Assembly (NCBI GenBank): GCA_033442325.1
Contig: JAWQFM010000010.1
Coordinates: 1-64,000 of the forward strand
Source of the DNA: Salpingoeca rosetta
Lineage: Eukaryota; Protista; Choanoflagellata
Length of the DNA stretch: 64,000 nt
Direction: 5' to 3'
In this document: one piece after another, positions 1 through 13,825 of the stretch
How positions within the stretch are numbered: position 1 is the stretch's first letter
Layout: each line of letters opens with the position of its first letter
Translations under genes and position numbers: made by a program
Notes under the pieces: model-generated
What the model saw: only the letters and a program-made list of their open reading frames with translations
What the model was told of the DNA's origin: nothing
The model's database searches: none

Positions 1-34
1 CCATCACACCATCACACACACACACCATCACCAC

Positions 35-95
<61 letters not shown>

Positions 96-134
96 CATCA
101 CACAATATCTCCCCCCCCCCTCCTACGACAGCCG

Positions 135-2328
135 TCAACGCACCCCCGAGGCGGACGGCTTGATCTTGGTCTGCTCATGGAACGCCCCCGCATGCACTGC
201 CGGCAGCTGCGCAGACGGCGATGGACTCTGGGCACCAAATGCCTTCGTGTCCGCAGGCTTCGTGCGCACACTCGCGCGCGCCATCGCTGTTGGGCGGAGA
301 TGGTGGTGATGATGGTGGTAAGGGAGGATGAGCATGACATTATGTGATGTGGTGCAAACAGCAATGGGATGTGCATGCGTGTATGAATGTGTGTGTGTGT
401 GTGTGTGCGTGTGGATGTGTGTGTGTGTGTGTGTGGATGTGTGTGTATGAATGTGTGTGTGTGTGTGTACAGGCGTGTGCAAGGGTGTGCGTGCAAGCGT
501 GTTCATGTGCCACGTGCCATGACATGTGCCACCACGTGTGGTATGTCACGACATGTTGGAGCCTCACCAAACTTGAAGTCGTCCTCGAAGGTCTTCTCCA
601 TGTCGCGCATCTCTCGCTCCAGCTCCCGCGTCGCCGTGCCGGACGTCGCCTGCAGCACGCGCCGCAGTGAGCACAGAACTGCCATCGAATACACAAACAC
701 ACACACGCACACACACACACACACACGCAAGCACACACGCACGAAAGCACTCACGTGCATGCACGAAAGCACTCACATGCATGCACACACGCACGCACGC
801 ACGCACGAAAGCACACACACGTACGCACGAAAGCACTCACGTACACACACACACATACTACCACACATGCATACAAACACACAAGCTCGCACATACACGC
901 GCGCATGCACGCATACATACACGCGCGCACACAACACCGATATGCGGACCGCTGAGGACGAGGAGGAAGAGGCGGACATGGTGGCAGCAGCTGGGGGCGG
1001 GTTGCGAAAGGACGGGGCCGGCTGCGCACGAAGACGCGTCTGAGCACACACACGCGCGCATGGATCAAAAGAGTAGTGTGTAAGGATGCCACGGGTCACA
1101 GATGGCGGGGGGGGGATGGCAGTGACAGTACCCCATACACAATCACAGCGCAATCGCAAATACATTCGAGTTTGCAACGGCACGTCAACAGCAACTGAGC
1201 AGACGCAACACACACACACATACACACACATATACACATACACACACGCACATACACACATACAACGCATACACGCATACACACGCACGCACCACTTTTG
1301 TTGACTGTGCGGTGTTTGCGGGGCGGGCGGCCGTTGGACCGCGGCTCACGCTCGCCTGCCGCGCTGGTGACGATGACGACGACGATGGAGACATGGGTGA
1401 CTGCTGCCTCGCCTGTGTAATAATTGTGTGTGTGTGATAAGTATGTGCGTGTCATTGCGCGTGCTTGCATGTGCATGAGCGAATGATGTGTTTGTCTGCA
1501 CACCCATGTGCCATGCTCTTGTGCTGTCCTCACCATCCCTCTCCAACCATTCCAACTGCTCCTCTTCTTTGCACCTGCGAGAAACAGTGCCCGATGGTGT
1601 TCATAATCTCGCCGGCCTGGCCCGCACTCTTGAAGGCGTAGCAGCACTTTGGGGCCTTGGCGTGCTCCTTGGCGATGAAGCAGAAGATGTTGTTGTTCCC
1701 GCGCCGGTCATCCTGGCAATACGACACGTTCTGCAGCGGAATGTCCAGGAAAATGTGGCCCGTGCTCCTGCTCGTGCCAGACCACAGGTTGCACACAGTT
1801 TCGTGGCGTGGGCATGTGAGTTGGAAAGGGGGGGGGGAGGATACACAGACAACAGGAAAGCTCGACGCAAAGCAGACACAAGGAACGCACTATTCATGCT
1901 CCAACACCAGTCAGCACACCCACACACACACACACACACACATCCACACCCACACACACACCCACATCCACACCCACACACCCACACACCCACACACCCA
2001 CACACCCACACACCCACACACCCACACACCCACACACCCACACACCCACACACACAGACCACAATTTAGCGTACCTGTCAGTGACCTTGATACCGGTGAG
2101 GGAGACGCTGAGCTCGACACGAGCAGACTTGATGCCCTCTCGCTTGCGCTCGCGGCGGTCGGAGAGGATGCGGTGCAGTGCATAGTCCACCACCTTCTCC
2201 CCCTTGGCCTCGGGCACTTCCTCTTTGCCATAGTACTTGACATAGTACAGGTGCATGCCCTGCATGAGCGCAGCGCGCTGGATGGCCACGCTTGGCCGAT
2301 CAGCCTTCTTGAACAAGCGGCCCGCCAT
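135..2328 (-). CDS. PTB-domain adaptor protein, GULP1/CED-6-like (multi-exon; 3' end approximate)
   Basis: Exons ~2328-2075 (MAGRLFKK...YYVKYYGKEEVPEAKGEKVVDYAL...VELSVSLTGIKVTDR) and 1767-1575 (STGHIFLDIPLQNVSYCQDDRRGNNNIFCFIAKEH...CYAFKS...TIGHCF) splice in frame into a PTB domain resembling GULP/CED-6. Downstream exons near 1414-1295, 1040-950, 690-565 and 290-135 are low complexity. Confidence 0.8.
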
Positions 2329-3025
2329 GATGATCAACAGCAACGATCCGCGGTGACGAACAATCTCAACTCCACTCAAATGAAATGAATGCACGCAAGG
2401 GCGGGATTTGGAGTCAAGGAAAGCTGTACAGTCTTGCAATGGCTCTTCCACGTCCACCTGCGACAACGAAACAAACACCGGCAACGGACAACCAACGCGG
2501 GAATGGACAGTGATTGAAGGACACCCCAATGCATGGGGGTGGTGTGACGTGGCGTGAGTGTGCGACGCTGGATGTGCTTTTGTTTGTCAGGTGTTGATCT
2601 GTTGTTGGTGTTGTTCACATCACAAATGAAAGAAGAACTGCAACACAAACACACAAACACACAAACACGTTTCCCCAAAGTGTGGGAATTGTGACAAGGG
2701 GCCGCCCCACTCCGACTCGCGCACCAACCAACGCACAAACAATGCAACCCTTACCAACTCACGCCAGTGCAGTGCCACTGACCAAGGAAAGGAAGGAGAG
2801 CTTGGTTGGTGGTGGTGGGAGTGTGCTTTGTGTGCTTGCGAGTTTTGGCTTCTTCTCCACAACAAACCACCCAAATAACAAAATAAAAAGGTGTGATGAG
2901 CAATTAAGGGAGAAGAGACTAAAGGGTCAACTGGATATGTCAGAAGTAACCGTGCATGGAATCTGAGAGTTTGTGCACAATTTTGCTGGAACCGCGCCAA
3001 ACACTCGAAACGCGAAGAAGCAAAG

Positions 3026-3469
3026 ATGCGAGTGGTCATCCGTCGCAGCATCAGTGGTGATGATGAAGATGGCGGCACTGGACTGCCGGAATGGCTGTTG
3101 GTGGAGACACAAGGTGTGGTGATCCCACGGACAGGAAAGGACCTCAACAACATGCCTTTCGGAGACATCAAAATCAAGGGCAAGGTGCTCATCATCTGGC
3201 TCTGTGTGTGCGTGGTGTGTGTGTGTGTGTGTGTACTTGCGTGTCTGCGTGGTGTCTGCGTGGTGTCTGCGTGTGTGCGTGGTGTGTGTGTGTGTGGTGT
3301 GTGTACTTGCGTGTGTGCGTGTGTGTGTGTCTGTACTTGGCGCGTGCTCTCTCCCCTCCCTCACTCATATACGTCCACACGCACACACGCACACGCACAC
3401 ACACACATTGTGGTCCTTTTTGTTTCGTCACAGAGAGTGGACATGCTGGTCGGACAGCACTTGATGCAG
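3026..3469 (+). CDS. CTF8: Chromosome transmission fidelity protein 8 (CTF18-RFC subunit), 5' part; rest lost in gap
   Basis: MRVVIRRS...GLPEWLLVETQGVV...NMPFGDIKIKGK | RVDMLVGQHLMQ matches the CTF8 pattern EWxLxELQG...LGDL...LIVGHHxLxG. GT-AG intron ~3185-3433. Confidence 0.8.
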
Positions 3470-3523
3470 GTGAGAACAACACGTATGCTGTGCTGTAGTG
3501 TGTGTGTGTGCGTGCGTGCGCGC

Positions 3524-3554
<31 letters not shown>

Positions 3555-3560
3555 TGTGTG

Positions 3561-3660
3561 NNNNNNNNNNNNNNNNNNNNNNNNNNNNNNNNNNNNNNNN
3601 NNNNNNNNNNNNNNNNNNNNNNNNNNNNNNNNNNNNNNNNNNNNNNNNNNNNNNNNNNNN
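3561..3660. other. Assembly gap; further N-gaps at ~10235-10333, 22645-22744, 33193-33292, 56821-56920
   Basis: Runs of N. The poly-A-rich sequence after the first gap looks like low-quality read end. Confidence 0.99.
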
Positions 3661-3819
3661 AGAAAAAAAAAAAAAAAAAAAAAAAAAAACAAACAACAAA
3701 AAATATAAAAAAAAAAAAAACCATAGGTGGAGGTTAGGAAAAAGGGGGGTGGAGCACAACCCTTATCCGCCCCCCCTAAAAAATAAAAAAGACCCTACAC
3801 GTGTAAGTGGGTGTATGTA

Positions 3820-3888
<69 letters not shown>

Positions 3889-4075
3889 TGTGTGTTTGTG
3901 CGTGCGGGGGTGTGTGGGTGTGCGTGCGTGTGTGGGGTGTGTGTGTGTGTATGTGCATGCGTGCGTATGTGTGTTTGTGTGCACAACTTGTTGGTGTTGC
4001 GATGAGCAGGTTCAACGCGCGTGCGTGTCTGCGACGACATGTGCACATGTGCAAGAGGGACTTGATGGGAACATA

Positions 4076-5113
4076 CGCGCTCCACGAGAAGCGACGCGCC
4101 GTCAAAGAACTGCTGGAAGTCGTGTGTGTTCATCACATCCTGCGCTTCACCCTCGTCCATCACTGCGCGCATTTAAACACAAACGCCGGTGGTGTGAGAC
4201 ACATGCAGCAATCGTCAAGGGCAAGGCAAAACAGCACACACATACACACGCACACGCACACGCACACGCACACGCACACGCACACGCACACGCACACACG
4301 CACACGCACACACGCACACACAAGCAAGACGGAAACCGCCGACAATGAGCGACACAAACAATGACAGACCCGCAATCAAGATAGAGCTCTTGTCTTTTCC
4401 CCTCTCTCATCCTTCTTGTCAAGCGCGTACACGTGCAGTCATACACAAGCATGCACGTAACATTTCATGGGCTCACCTTTGACTTGCTCTTCGGCGTGCT
4501 TGCCTTCCTCGCCCTCCCCGTCATCGCTGCCTGTCTCGGCCACCTCCCCTTCCCCCGCCTGCACCTGCTCCTCCTTGCTCTCCTGCTCGCCACTGCCGCC
4601 TTCCTTCTGCTCCGCCGCTTCGTCCTGCGCCTTTGGCTCCAGCTCCGCCACGGGGTCTGTCTGCGCGCCCTTGGTGTACACGATTGTCTCTGCGGGCAGG
4701 ATGTCCTCGTGCCGCACCTCCGACACCCCGAGCGACGCCCGGCTCCTGCGCATGCAGTCGTGCCATCGGTGTGAACGGGGAGGGGGGGACAACGCAGGGA
4801 TGTGCAAACAGGGATGCAGCGCGAGTGGACAGGTGGGGTGAGGCATTGGCGAGCGTACCTGAAGCGCATGCGGGTTGCAGCAGGGCGAGCCTGCTGCTGC
4901 TGTTGCTGCTGTTGTTGTTGAGAGTCCTCAGAGATGGTCACTTTGGATGGAGGTGGAGCATAGCCTGTGTGCAGGCGTATGGGAAACAAAAAGAGATGAA
5001 TAAGAGGAGGGGCGTTGTGGAACATCATGCGCAGGCGTGAGTGGAGCGTGAGTGCGACATGACGGAGAAAAATGGCTCAGTACAACGGCACCAAAGCACA
5101 GGTGAACCATCCT

Positions 5114-5144
<31 letters not shown>

Positions 5145-5964
5145 CACACACACACGCACGCACGCACGCACACACACACACACGCACACAGACAGAAAGG
5201 GACAAGCGGCACAAGAAACGTACTGCTCTCAGAAAGCAGCTGCTCAACAAGCGTGTTCACATCGCCATCCACCAAGTCGGTGCCCTGTGGCGACGGGAGC
5301 AACAATGGGATGAGTCAGGCAGTCATGCACGCGCGAGAGATGAGTCAAGAAGCAACAAAGGTGTTCCACAATCACGCCAACCATCACGGGGGAAATACCG
5401 CAAGCAGCAAGGCGAGCAGGAGAAAATGCAGGCACACCACGACAATCATGCATCCAGATGCAGTCCAGCAGCAATGACGCGTTGAACGAACCGCGAGAAC
5501 ACCGGGCTGTGTGCGAGTGCGAGCGCGTTCCTGACGGCGACGCTTGATCTCCGCAAGCTGCTCTTTCTTGCGGGCAATCTCCGCCAAACGGTCAGAAGAA
5601 CTCTGCGCATGTGTGGTGTGTGAACGTGGTGTGTGTGTGTGTGGTGTGTGTATGCGTGTGTGTGTGGTGCGTGCGTGTGTTTGTGTATGTGTGTGCGCGT
5701 GTGTGTGTGTGTGGTGCGTGTGTGTGTGTATGTGTGTGTGTGTGTGTTTGAATTCAAAACAAACACAACAGCAACAAGCAGCGCCCGTGCGTACACGCAC
5801 AACAAGAGACGCGAAAAGTGCCAGGTATGCCGTGACCAGGAAGGGTTGGTCAATAGATCGTGTATGTGTGTGTGTGTGTGTGTCTTGGAAGACGGGCAGG
5901 CAAGCTGCATGCAGCGAGCACCAGAAAGCACACGTACGTGCACACCACAGCAGCAACCCACCAT
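4076..5964 (-). CDS. DYNC1I: Cytoplasmic dynein 1 intermediate chain, N-terminal exons
   Basis: ATG-only first exon (5964-5962|gt), then SSSDRLAEIARKKEQLAEIKRRRQE (N-terminal helix), IVYTKGAQTDP (LC8 TQT-like site) and AQDVMNTHDFQQFFDGASLLVER (LC7/Roadblock helix). Central WD40 exons are absent from the window. Confidence 0.88.
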
Positions 5965-6057
5965 CTCGTCGATCCGTCACCACCAGCCACTGCCGCCGTT
6001 TGGTCGCTTGCTGCTGTTGTGGAAAAATAGCCAAAATCATACCCAAATTTTCTGGCC
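5965..6057. promoter_or_regulatory. Compact bidirectional promoter between DYNC1I and QTRT2
   Basis: Only 93 bp separate the divergent ATGs. AT-rich, contains AAATTTTC. Confidence 0.6.
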
Positions 6058-6089
6058 ATGTTCAAGGTTGGTTGGTGTGTGTGTGTGTG

Positions 6090-6167
<78 letters not shown>

Positions 6168-6321
6168 GCTTGTGATTGTCACTGTTGATGTGTGTGCGCT
6201 TCCTAACGCTGTGTGTTTGTGTTGCAGGTGGAGCGGTGCTGTCAGGGAGGCCGGCTTGGCAGGCTGGGCAACGTGCCCACCCCATCGGCGGTGCTTCACT
6301 GCTCCATGGGTCAGTGTACAT

Positions 6322-6358
<37 letters not shown>

Positions 6359-8989
6359 TGTCTGTGTGTGCGTCGTGTGTGTGTCTGTGTGTACCTTCGT
6401 GTGTGTCTGTGTGTACCTTCGTGTGTGTATGTGTGTGTTTGTGTCTGTGGATGGTTTGTAATGATGTGCAATGCCCCGCGGCACAACCCCTACCACCATC
6501 GCCTCCACGACCATCACCTCCACGACCATCACCATCATCACCATCAACATCATCATCCACAGCCTACTGACATTCAGCAACAACCCCCACGAACCCCCCC
6601 CCCCCTTTTTTTTTTTTTGGTTCTTCACGTATGTGCACGTAGGAGCACCAAGGTGTGTGTGTGTGTGTGTGTCTGTCTGTGTGTGCGTCGTGTGTGTGTC
6701 TGTGTGTACCTTCGTGTGTGTCTGTGTGTACCTTCGTGTGTGTATGTGTGTGTTTGTGTCTGTGGATGGTTTGTAATGATGTGCAATGCCCCGCGGCACA
6801 ACCCCTACCACCATCGCCTCCACGACCATCACCTCCACGACCATCACCATCATCACCATCAACATCATCATCCACAGCCTACTGACATTCAGCAACAACC
6901 CCCACGAACCCCCCCCCCCCTTTTTTTTTTTTTGGTTCTTCACGTATGTGCACGTAGGAGCACCAAGGCACTTGCAGCGGGACCTGCTGGAGTCGCTTCC
7001 CGATCCCTTTGTCATGCACGTTCCCGTTGGCGGCCTGTAAGTTACCTCCTATGCAACCAATCATCACCCACCTCAGCCCAAGAGCATTCACATGCCTCAC
7101 TGGCTCACTCTCTTGCTCAACCACTCACTAACACACTGTCACTTCGCACGCTTGCCCATGTACAACCCCTCTTTTGATTCGCCAGCGTGGTGGAGCCTGG
7201 TCCAAGTACCATGGAGAAGTATGGTGACACGTATGCTTCCTTCGCCAACCTGCCTGGGGTCGTACTCTTCTCTGCCTTTGAGCCAGGACGACAGCCACCA
7301 GATCAGCGTAACTCCGATTCACAGATTTCCATCTGGACCCGAGTCGGCCGGCAAAAGGTGGGTGTGCCACTCTGCACTTAGATAGAACATGTGAGTGAGA
7401 GTGTGTGTCTGTGTGTGTGTGTGTGTGTGTGTGTCTGTGTGAGTGAGTGTGTCTGTGTGAGTGTGTGTGAGAGTGAATGAGTGTGTGTGTGTGTGTGTGC
7501 GTGTGTGTGAGTGTGTGTGCGCGCTGTACGTTGTGGACGGACTGATGATGTCTGTGACACTCTGAGGGGTCTGCATTTGCATCGTCCTTGCCAGCAAGGA
7601 TGACCTTCACACTGGACAGTGCATTTGCTGACAAGATGCACTTTCGGTCCTCGCTCACGCACACTGCAGGTTGGCACGAAGCTGTATGCGAGGCTGCTTC
7701 GCGCGTGCTCGCCGGCAATTGCCGTTGCACTGCCCGACGTTCAGTCGTCACACGTCAGCGACCGCCGACACACGTACGCGTAGGGGGGGGGGGGTACCAT
7801 ATGATGTCACGACCACGTCTGCAACTGCATGCCGCCTGAACCCTTCCGCACAATCATTTCTTCTGCGATGCTCGCCCGTTCGTGTTGAAGTAGGGTCAGC
7901 CTAAACTCTTTGTTTGGGTGCCGCGTTGACTGCACCATGACACACAAACAGACAAACGCACAGCTCACGTGCACCACAACCGTGCATCTGCCACCACAAC
8001 AGCAAGGCCGTCCAGCGCACCTCGCGTTACGTGCAGCAGCTGCACGATGAGCTGGGCACCACCACCACTACAACCAGCACGACACCACAGATCTGGGCGC
8101 CGATTGTCGGCGGGCGCTCTCCAGAGATCCGCCAGCAGGCCGCGCAGGCCCTCGCCGCCGACACCAACGTCCAAGGTCTCGCCTTGCGTGAACGAGGGGA
8201 AGGACAGAGTGACATAGTGCGCGCAGCATGTGTATGTGTGTGTGTGTGTGTGCTTGTGTGTGTGTGTGTGTGCTTGTGCGTGTGTGTGTGTGTTGGTGTG
8301 ATTGATGTTTTGAACAAGCCATGTCATACTGCCATGACTTGCGGTCATGCAGGTTTTACGCTCGAGGGTCTCAACACCGGTGAAACGTCGCAGGAAACAC
8401 TCAACGCACTTGAGTGCATGAAGGTGGGACCATGAACACGGCCTGTCCTGTTACGCGCGTGTGAATTGCGTCTCCGTTCACTCGTACATCCGTGCTCGTC
8501 CCTTCACTGAAACATACACCTTCTGACACACACTCACTCACTCACTTGCTTTCGTCTGTGCATTCACGCCACCCCACAACAACCGTTCCCCCTCGCCCTC
8601 CACAAATGTGCACCAGGAGCTGCCTGCGTCAAAGCCGCGGCTCGTGCACGGGATCTCGCGTCTTGACGAGATCATTGCCGCCATCGAAGCAGGGGCAGAC
8701 CTCTTTGGTTCGTGCAGGCAGTGACACAATGCCTGCGTGCTCGCAGTTTGATGCCCATGATGTCGGTGCAGTTTGGTGCGGTTTGGTGCTCCATGGCCTC
8801 ATCGCAACGATAAAATGCTGTTCTCACCCCCCAATCTCCGATCGTGCGTGCGGCTGTTGTGTGAGCCAGATAGCCATTTTTGCTACGAGAAAGCAGAGGA
8901 TGGGCATGCATTTGTGCTCGACCTTGAGACGCCACCACAGGCCCCAAACCCGAACCCGCTCTTCATTGACCTGTGGTCCGACCAATACC

Positions 8990-9027
<38 letters not shown>

Positions 9028-9341
9028 GTGTGTGTAGGTGTGTGTAGGTGTGTGTGTGTAGGTGTGTCTGTGTGTGTGTTTTCGTTTGTGCCTGTATATG
9101 TGTATGTATGTGTGTGTTTCCCTGCCTAGCTGCCTATCCGCCTGCCTGCCTGCCCCTCCTTCCCATCTGTTCGCCTGTGTATGCGCGGGCTTACATCTGC
9201 TGCGCTGCCTTGCGGTTGACAGACGGACATGACTCCGCTGCTTCCTGGATGTCAATGTTACGCATGCACAAACTTCACACGCGCGTACATCCATCACCTC
9301 CACCTCACCCACGAAATGCTCGGCACCGTTCTCCTCACCCT
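6058..9341 (+). CDS. QTRT2: Queuine tRNA-ribosyltransferase accessory subunit 2, all exons but the last
   Basis: MFK|VERCCQGGRLGRLGNVPTPS...|GAPRHLQRDLL...|ISIWTRVGRQK|...IWAPIVGG...|KPRLVHGISRLDEIIAAIEAGADLFG|...|TDMTPLLPGCQCYACTNFTRAYIHHLHLTHEMLGTVLLTL (Zn-binding CxCxxC and RAYIHHL). Confidence 0.9.
6338..6967. repeat. Direct tandem duplication, 315 bp x2, covering a QTRT2 intron and the first bases of exon 3
   Basis: Identical text at offset 315 (ORFs at 6471 and 6786 begin identically). Confidence 0.9.
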
Positions 9342-9378
9342 GTACGTCCGTTCATGCGCGCTGACGTTCGCGTGGAGA

Positions 9379-9493
<115 letters not shown>

Positions 9494-9527
9494 CTATGGT
9501 CGTTGAGTGGTGTAATTTTCCTTCTCG

Positions 9528-10234
9528 TGTGTGTGTGTGTGTGTGTGTGTGTCCATGTGTGAGCATGTGTGCATCTGTATCTGTGACGTCTGTGCGTGCG
9601 TATGTGTGACTGTGTGTCGACCATGACCATGAGTGCAAGCTGTTTGCCGTGTACCTGCCGTGTACCTGCCGTGTACCAGCTGTGTACCGCAGCTCACGCC
9701 CTGCGTTTGTTTCACAACCAACACTTGCTTCTTGGTGGCCTTGCTCATCCACAAAGGCGGAAACACCTGCACAGAAAACGTGAGTTGGTTACCGCCTGTG
9801 AGTAACATGTTGTCGTGGCTTACTTGCGTCTCGTCATCGTCATGTGTGGGCTTGGTCCATGCGCCACCATGGACTCGCACGCACACACACGCACACACAC
9901 GCACACGCCCACATACAAACACGTAAGCACACGCACAAACACATAAACACACACACACATGCATGCACACATTGAGCAATGTCACCGCCGTTCAGTGTGC
10001 TCCACGTCACCTGGTCCTCATGAACGTTCGTTTCGTTACACGTTCTGTGCATGCAGCGAGGATGAGCGAGGTGAGCGTGCTGAAGAGCATAACAACAGCG
10101 ACCGCCGCCGCTCCCGCAGCCCTGAACGCCGTCACTCCCGCAGCATTGAACGGCGACGTTCCCGTAGTCCTGAGCGCCGGCGTACCCGCAGCCCTGGTCG
10201 GCGACATCGGCGGTCACGCAGCCCCCGACGCCGT
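9528..10234 (+). repeat. Inverted, apparently identical copy of 19890-20596 (RBM39 5' exons/RS domain)
   Basis: ORF 9959+ matches ORF 20165- in translation up to the gap. Paired coordinates sum to 30124. Bounded by (GT)n and an N-gap. Confidence 0.92.
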
Positions 10235-11527
10235 NNNNNNNNNNNNNNNNNNNNNNNNNNNNNNNNNNNNNNNNNNNNNNNNNNNNNNNNNNNNNNNNNN
10301 NNNNNNNNNNNNNNNNNNNNNNNNNNNNNNNNNNGCACGCACACACGGCCGTGTGTTTGTCCCAGTTGAGATGAGCAACGGAGAAAGAGAAATGGTCGAC
10401 ACGACACGACGGCCAGTCAACCCCAGCCAATCCAATCCAGCATCACTGCCGTGTGTTGCCTGCTGCAGTCATCACCACAATCACAATCACAATCACAATC
10501 ACACAGGTGCCAGCAAAAGGAATGAGCCACTGATATGTGTCATTGTCATGTGATACCACCACCACACCATTCATGTGCATGTGTACACGCACCCCCATCC
10601 CTCAACCAACATCATCGCCCTCCATCACTTCCCCTCACCTCCCTCCCTTCGCTCTGCACTCCCACGCCGCACCACCACCGTGTCACTTCCCTCCTCCCCT
10701 GTTTCCCACCGCTCCACACAACACAGCCCACCACAACCAACCAACCGCCAACGATTATCCTCACCTGTGCTTGATGCAGCCAGTCAGCCAGCCGATGTGC
10801 CACAGCGAAGCAGAAGAAGGAAGCGCAATCACATGCCACGGCCACCATCATCATCGCTGATGGAGCAGAAAGAGGAGATGAAGGAGGAAGAGTGGTGGGC
10901 ACGGGCCGTGTCCTTCCTTGTCTTCATCGGTGCAGCCCAAACACGGTGCACAGCGCACAGGCGCGCGCACGGCCATCATCACAGCAGCACCACCACCAGC
11001 AGCAGCGACAGCAAGATGCCTGCGTGCCTGTGAGGCAAGGAGAAACCAACCAGAGACGAACAACAATGAGCGGTGGTGGTGAGGACAGGAAAGGAGGGAC
11101 ACAAGGGACCACGCATGAGAATATGCAGCATCTTGTGGGCGGGTGCATCACCTACACACAAGAACAACGAAGCAAGCACCCAACAATCAACCAAGCAAGC
11201 AAGCAAGCAAACACGCGATATCACATCCACCACTGCTGCAATACCTGTATTGGCGGCTGTCTCGAGCACGCCTCAGCAGGTGCACATCGCATGGGGAAGG
11301 CTGACGATGACAGAGCGAAGGCGATTGGTTGGGAAAGGAAAGGGAAATTCGGTTGGGGAAACCCCGCACACGTCCGCCTGCAGCCACGCACACACGCACA
11401 ATGAGTTGTGGGATTGGTTCATGTGAGACACACGTCAGTGCAACCACCTCAGTTAATGACTGCTCTGGTGTGTTGGAATGTATGTGTACGTGCGTGTGAA
11501 TGTGTACTACCACCCCATCACCACACA

Positions 11528-11578
<51 letters not shown>

Positions 11579-13785
11579 CGGCAGCGTCTCACCTTGCGCC
11601 TTCTTCTCTTGCACATTTGTGTGTGCATTTATCGCCCTGCTCGTGTCATGAGGGCCTGGGAAGAGAACGGCCACTGTCCTGTGCAAAATCACACACATGC
11701 ACACATGCGCAAGCACAAACAGCCAAATCAGCAAGAAGAACACCACGCAGCGAGCCAGCATGGCAAAAACAAACCACATTCACCTCCTTGTGCCACATTC
11801 ACATCACCCACATCATCACCTGTGCACGCACATGTCACATCACCACACACAGACACCGTGACCACCACTACAAGCATCACATCTGCACATGCGTGTGCGT
11901 GCGCCGTCTACATCCACCACAAACCACTCACCACCACCAGCAGCGTCGTCATGCGAGGCAACGGCACATCGACGCACATCACACCCTGTGTGCGTGTGAA
12001 GAAAGAGGTGAGTTGTCACACAATCGGGCTGTCAACGACAACCACACCCATTGCCATCACCAACAGGCTCAACGACATCCAACCAACACCTCACAATCAC
12101 ACACATATACATGCTGGTGTTCACACCCAACACATCACACGCCGCCCGCATCACCACAACCACCACCGCCATTCATCTCACCTCCACATCCACAGTCGCA
12201 GCCGCTGCTGTTGGCGACCAATGACGACGACGACGAGCAGGAGGAGATGGGCAAGAGGCAGAGGGCCAGTTCATCCACAATGCAGCCACACATCAGCTGT
12301 TGTTGCTGATGTGGTGGTGGAAGCGGTGAAAACAAACGGCCCCTTGCCATGCCGTGTCCTTTGCTCGCTCGCTCGGCTGCTTGGTTGGTCGGTTGGATGG
12401 AAACGGGATGCATGGCCCTGTGTCCAGATCAAGCGCAAAAAGAGGGGAGAAGAAGAAAAGACACATGAGTCGACAGAACAGACAAGGAAAGTGGGAGGCG
12501 AACAAGGAAACACAACGTGTCAACCAACACACACTCACACACACATCTCAGTCGCCCCTCTCACCTTCATCACTCGTCATCATCGTCATCGTCGTTGGTT
12601 CCACCGCTTCATGCGCCTCCTCAACGCTGTCAAATGTGTGTGCACAGACACAAGAGGGGAAAATGGAGAGGGTGAGGTTGACAAGCATCATCAGCCACAC
12701 GCCAGCCCCATCGAACCACCCGCATTGACACACAACCACACGCACACATGTTCTCCCCACTCACCAACACACACCCACGCACACGCACATGCTCACCTCT
12801 TCATCAGAGCGCCTGACATGTGCCATGTCTGCCTCACGCCTGATTGGGGCTGGTGTTGGCCCGCGTGTGATGGCGGCTATGCGGTCGATGGTGATGGTGA
12901 CGGTGATGGCGGTGACAGCGGAGCTGAGGTGGAAGAGAGGAAAAGGAGAGAGAAAATGGGGAAGGGTTGAGGATGGATCGTTCATGGCGGCTGCTTTCTC
13001 CTCCACTGATGTGGCCCTGGTGCGCATGCAACCAACACACAACGACAAGACACAACGACATCATCACACACAAGGCACAGTCATGACATGTGAGCACAGC
13101 AGGCGCGTTCACCTTCCTATTCCCTCCTCTTCTTCCCTCCCCCCGCTCCACCATAACCGCACATACACACACACACACACACCTGCGCATAGCTGCGTCG
13201 CTGTGGTTGGATGTGCCCACCATGACCATGGACGTGTGTGTCCACAGCTGCTCCTCCCAATTCATCATGTGTGTGCACCGCCCATCATCCGCCAACGATC
13301 CTCACGCAGTCGCTCCCTACAGCCGCAAACACACACATGCACACATTGCATGTGAGTTGCACAGCTACACTGCTGCACCAGGCACAGCAGCAGCAACAAC
13401 AACACATGCACCATGTGCCAACCAAAGCATCCATGATGGGCTCACCTTGCTCACATGTAGGAATACTGCATGAGCACAGCAGCGGCAGCCGAATTGGGGG
13501 AGTTGCAGCAGCAGCAGTCGGCATGCGAGCCCACTTCCATCAACATCCTGATGTGTGCTTGTACCTCACCACCTGTGCATATGTGTGTGTGTGTGGTTAC
13601 AGGGAACGTGGATGGGAACAGAACACAACAGGCACAGAGCAAGCTATCACGTCAGCGCAGCAGAACGAGTGATGGACGTCACACGCACCACGTGTGTGTG
13701 TGTGTCGATGTGTGTCAAAAACGTCTCCCATCAACCCTCTTCCCGCGTTCGCTTCACCGCACCCCAGCACCGTCACCGCACCCCA

Positions 13786-13825
<40 letters not shown>

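Noticed and set aside
3661-3800. Poly-A tract suggesting a retroposon tail
   Set aside because: Abuts an N-gap and looks like low-quality read end; no TSD or element body.
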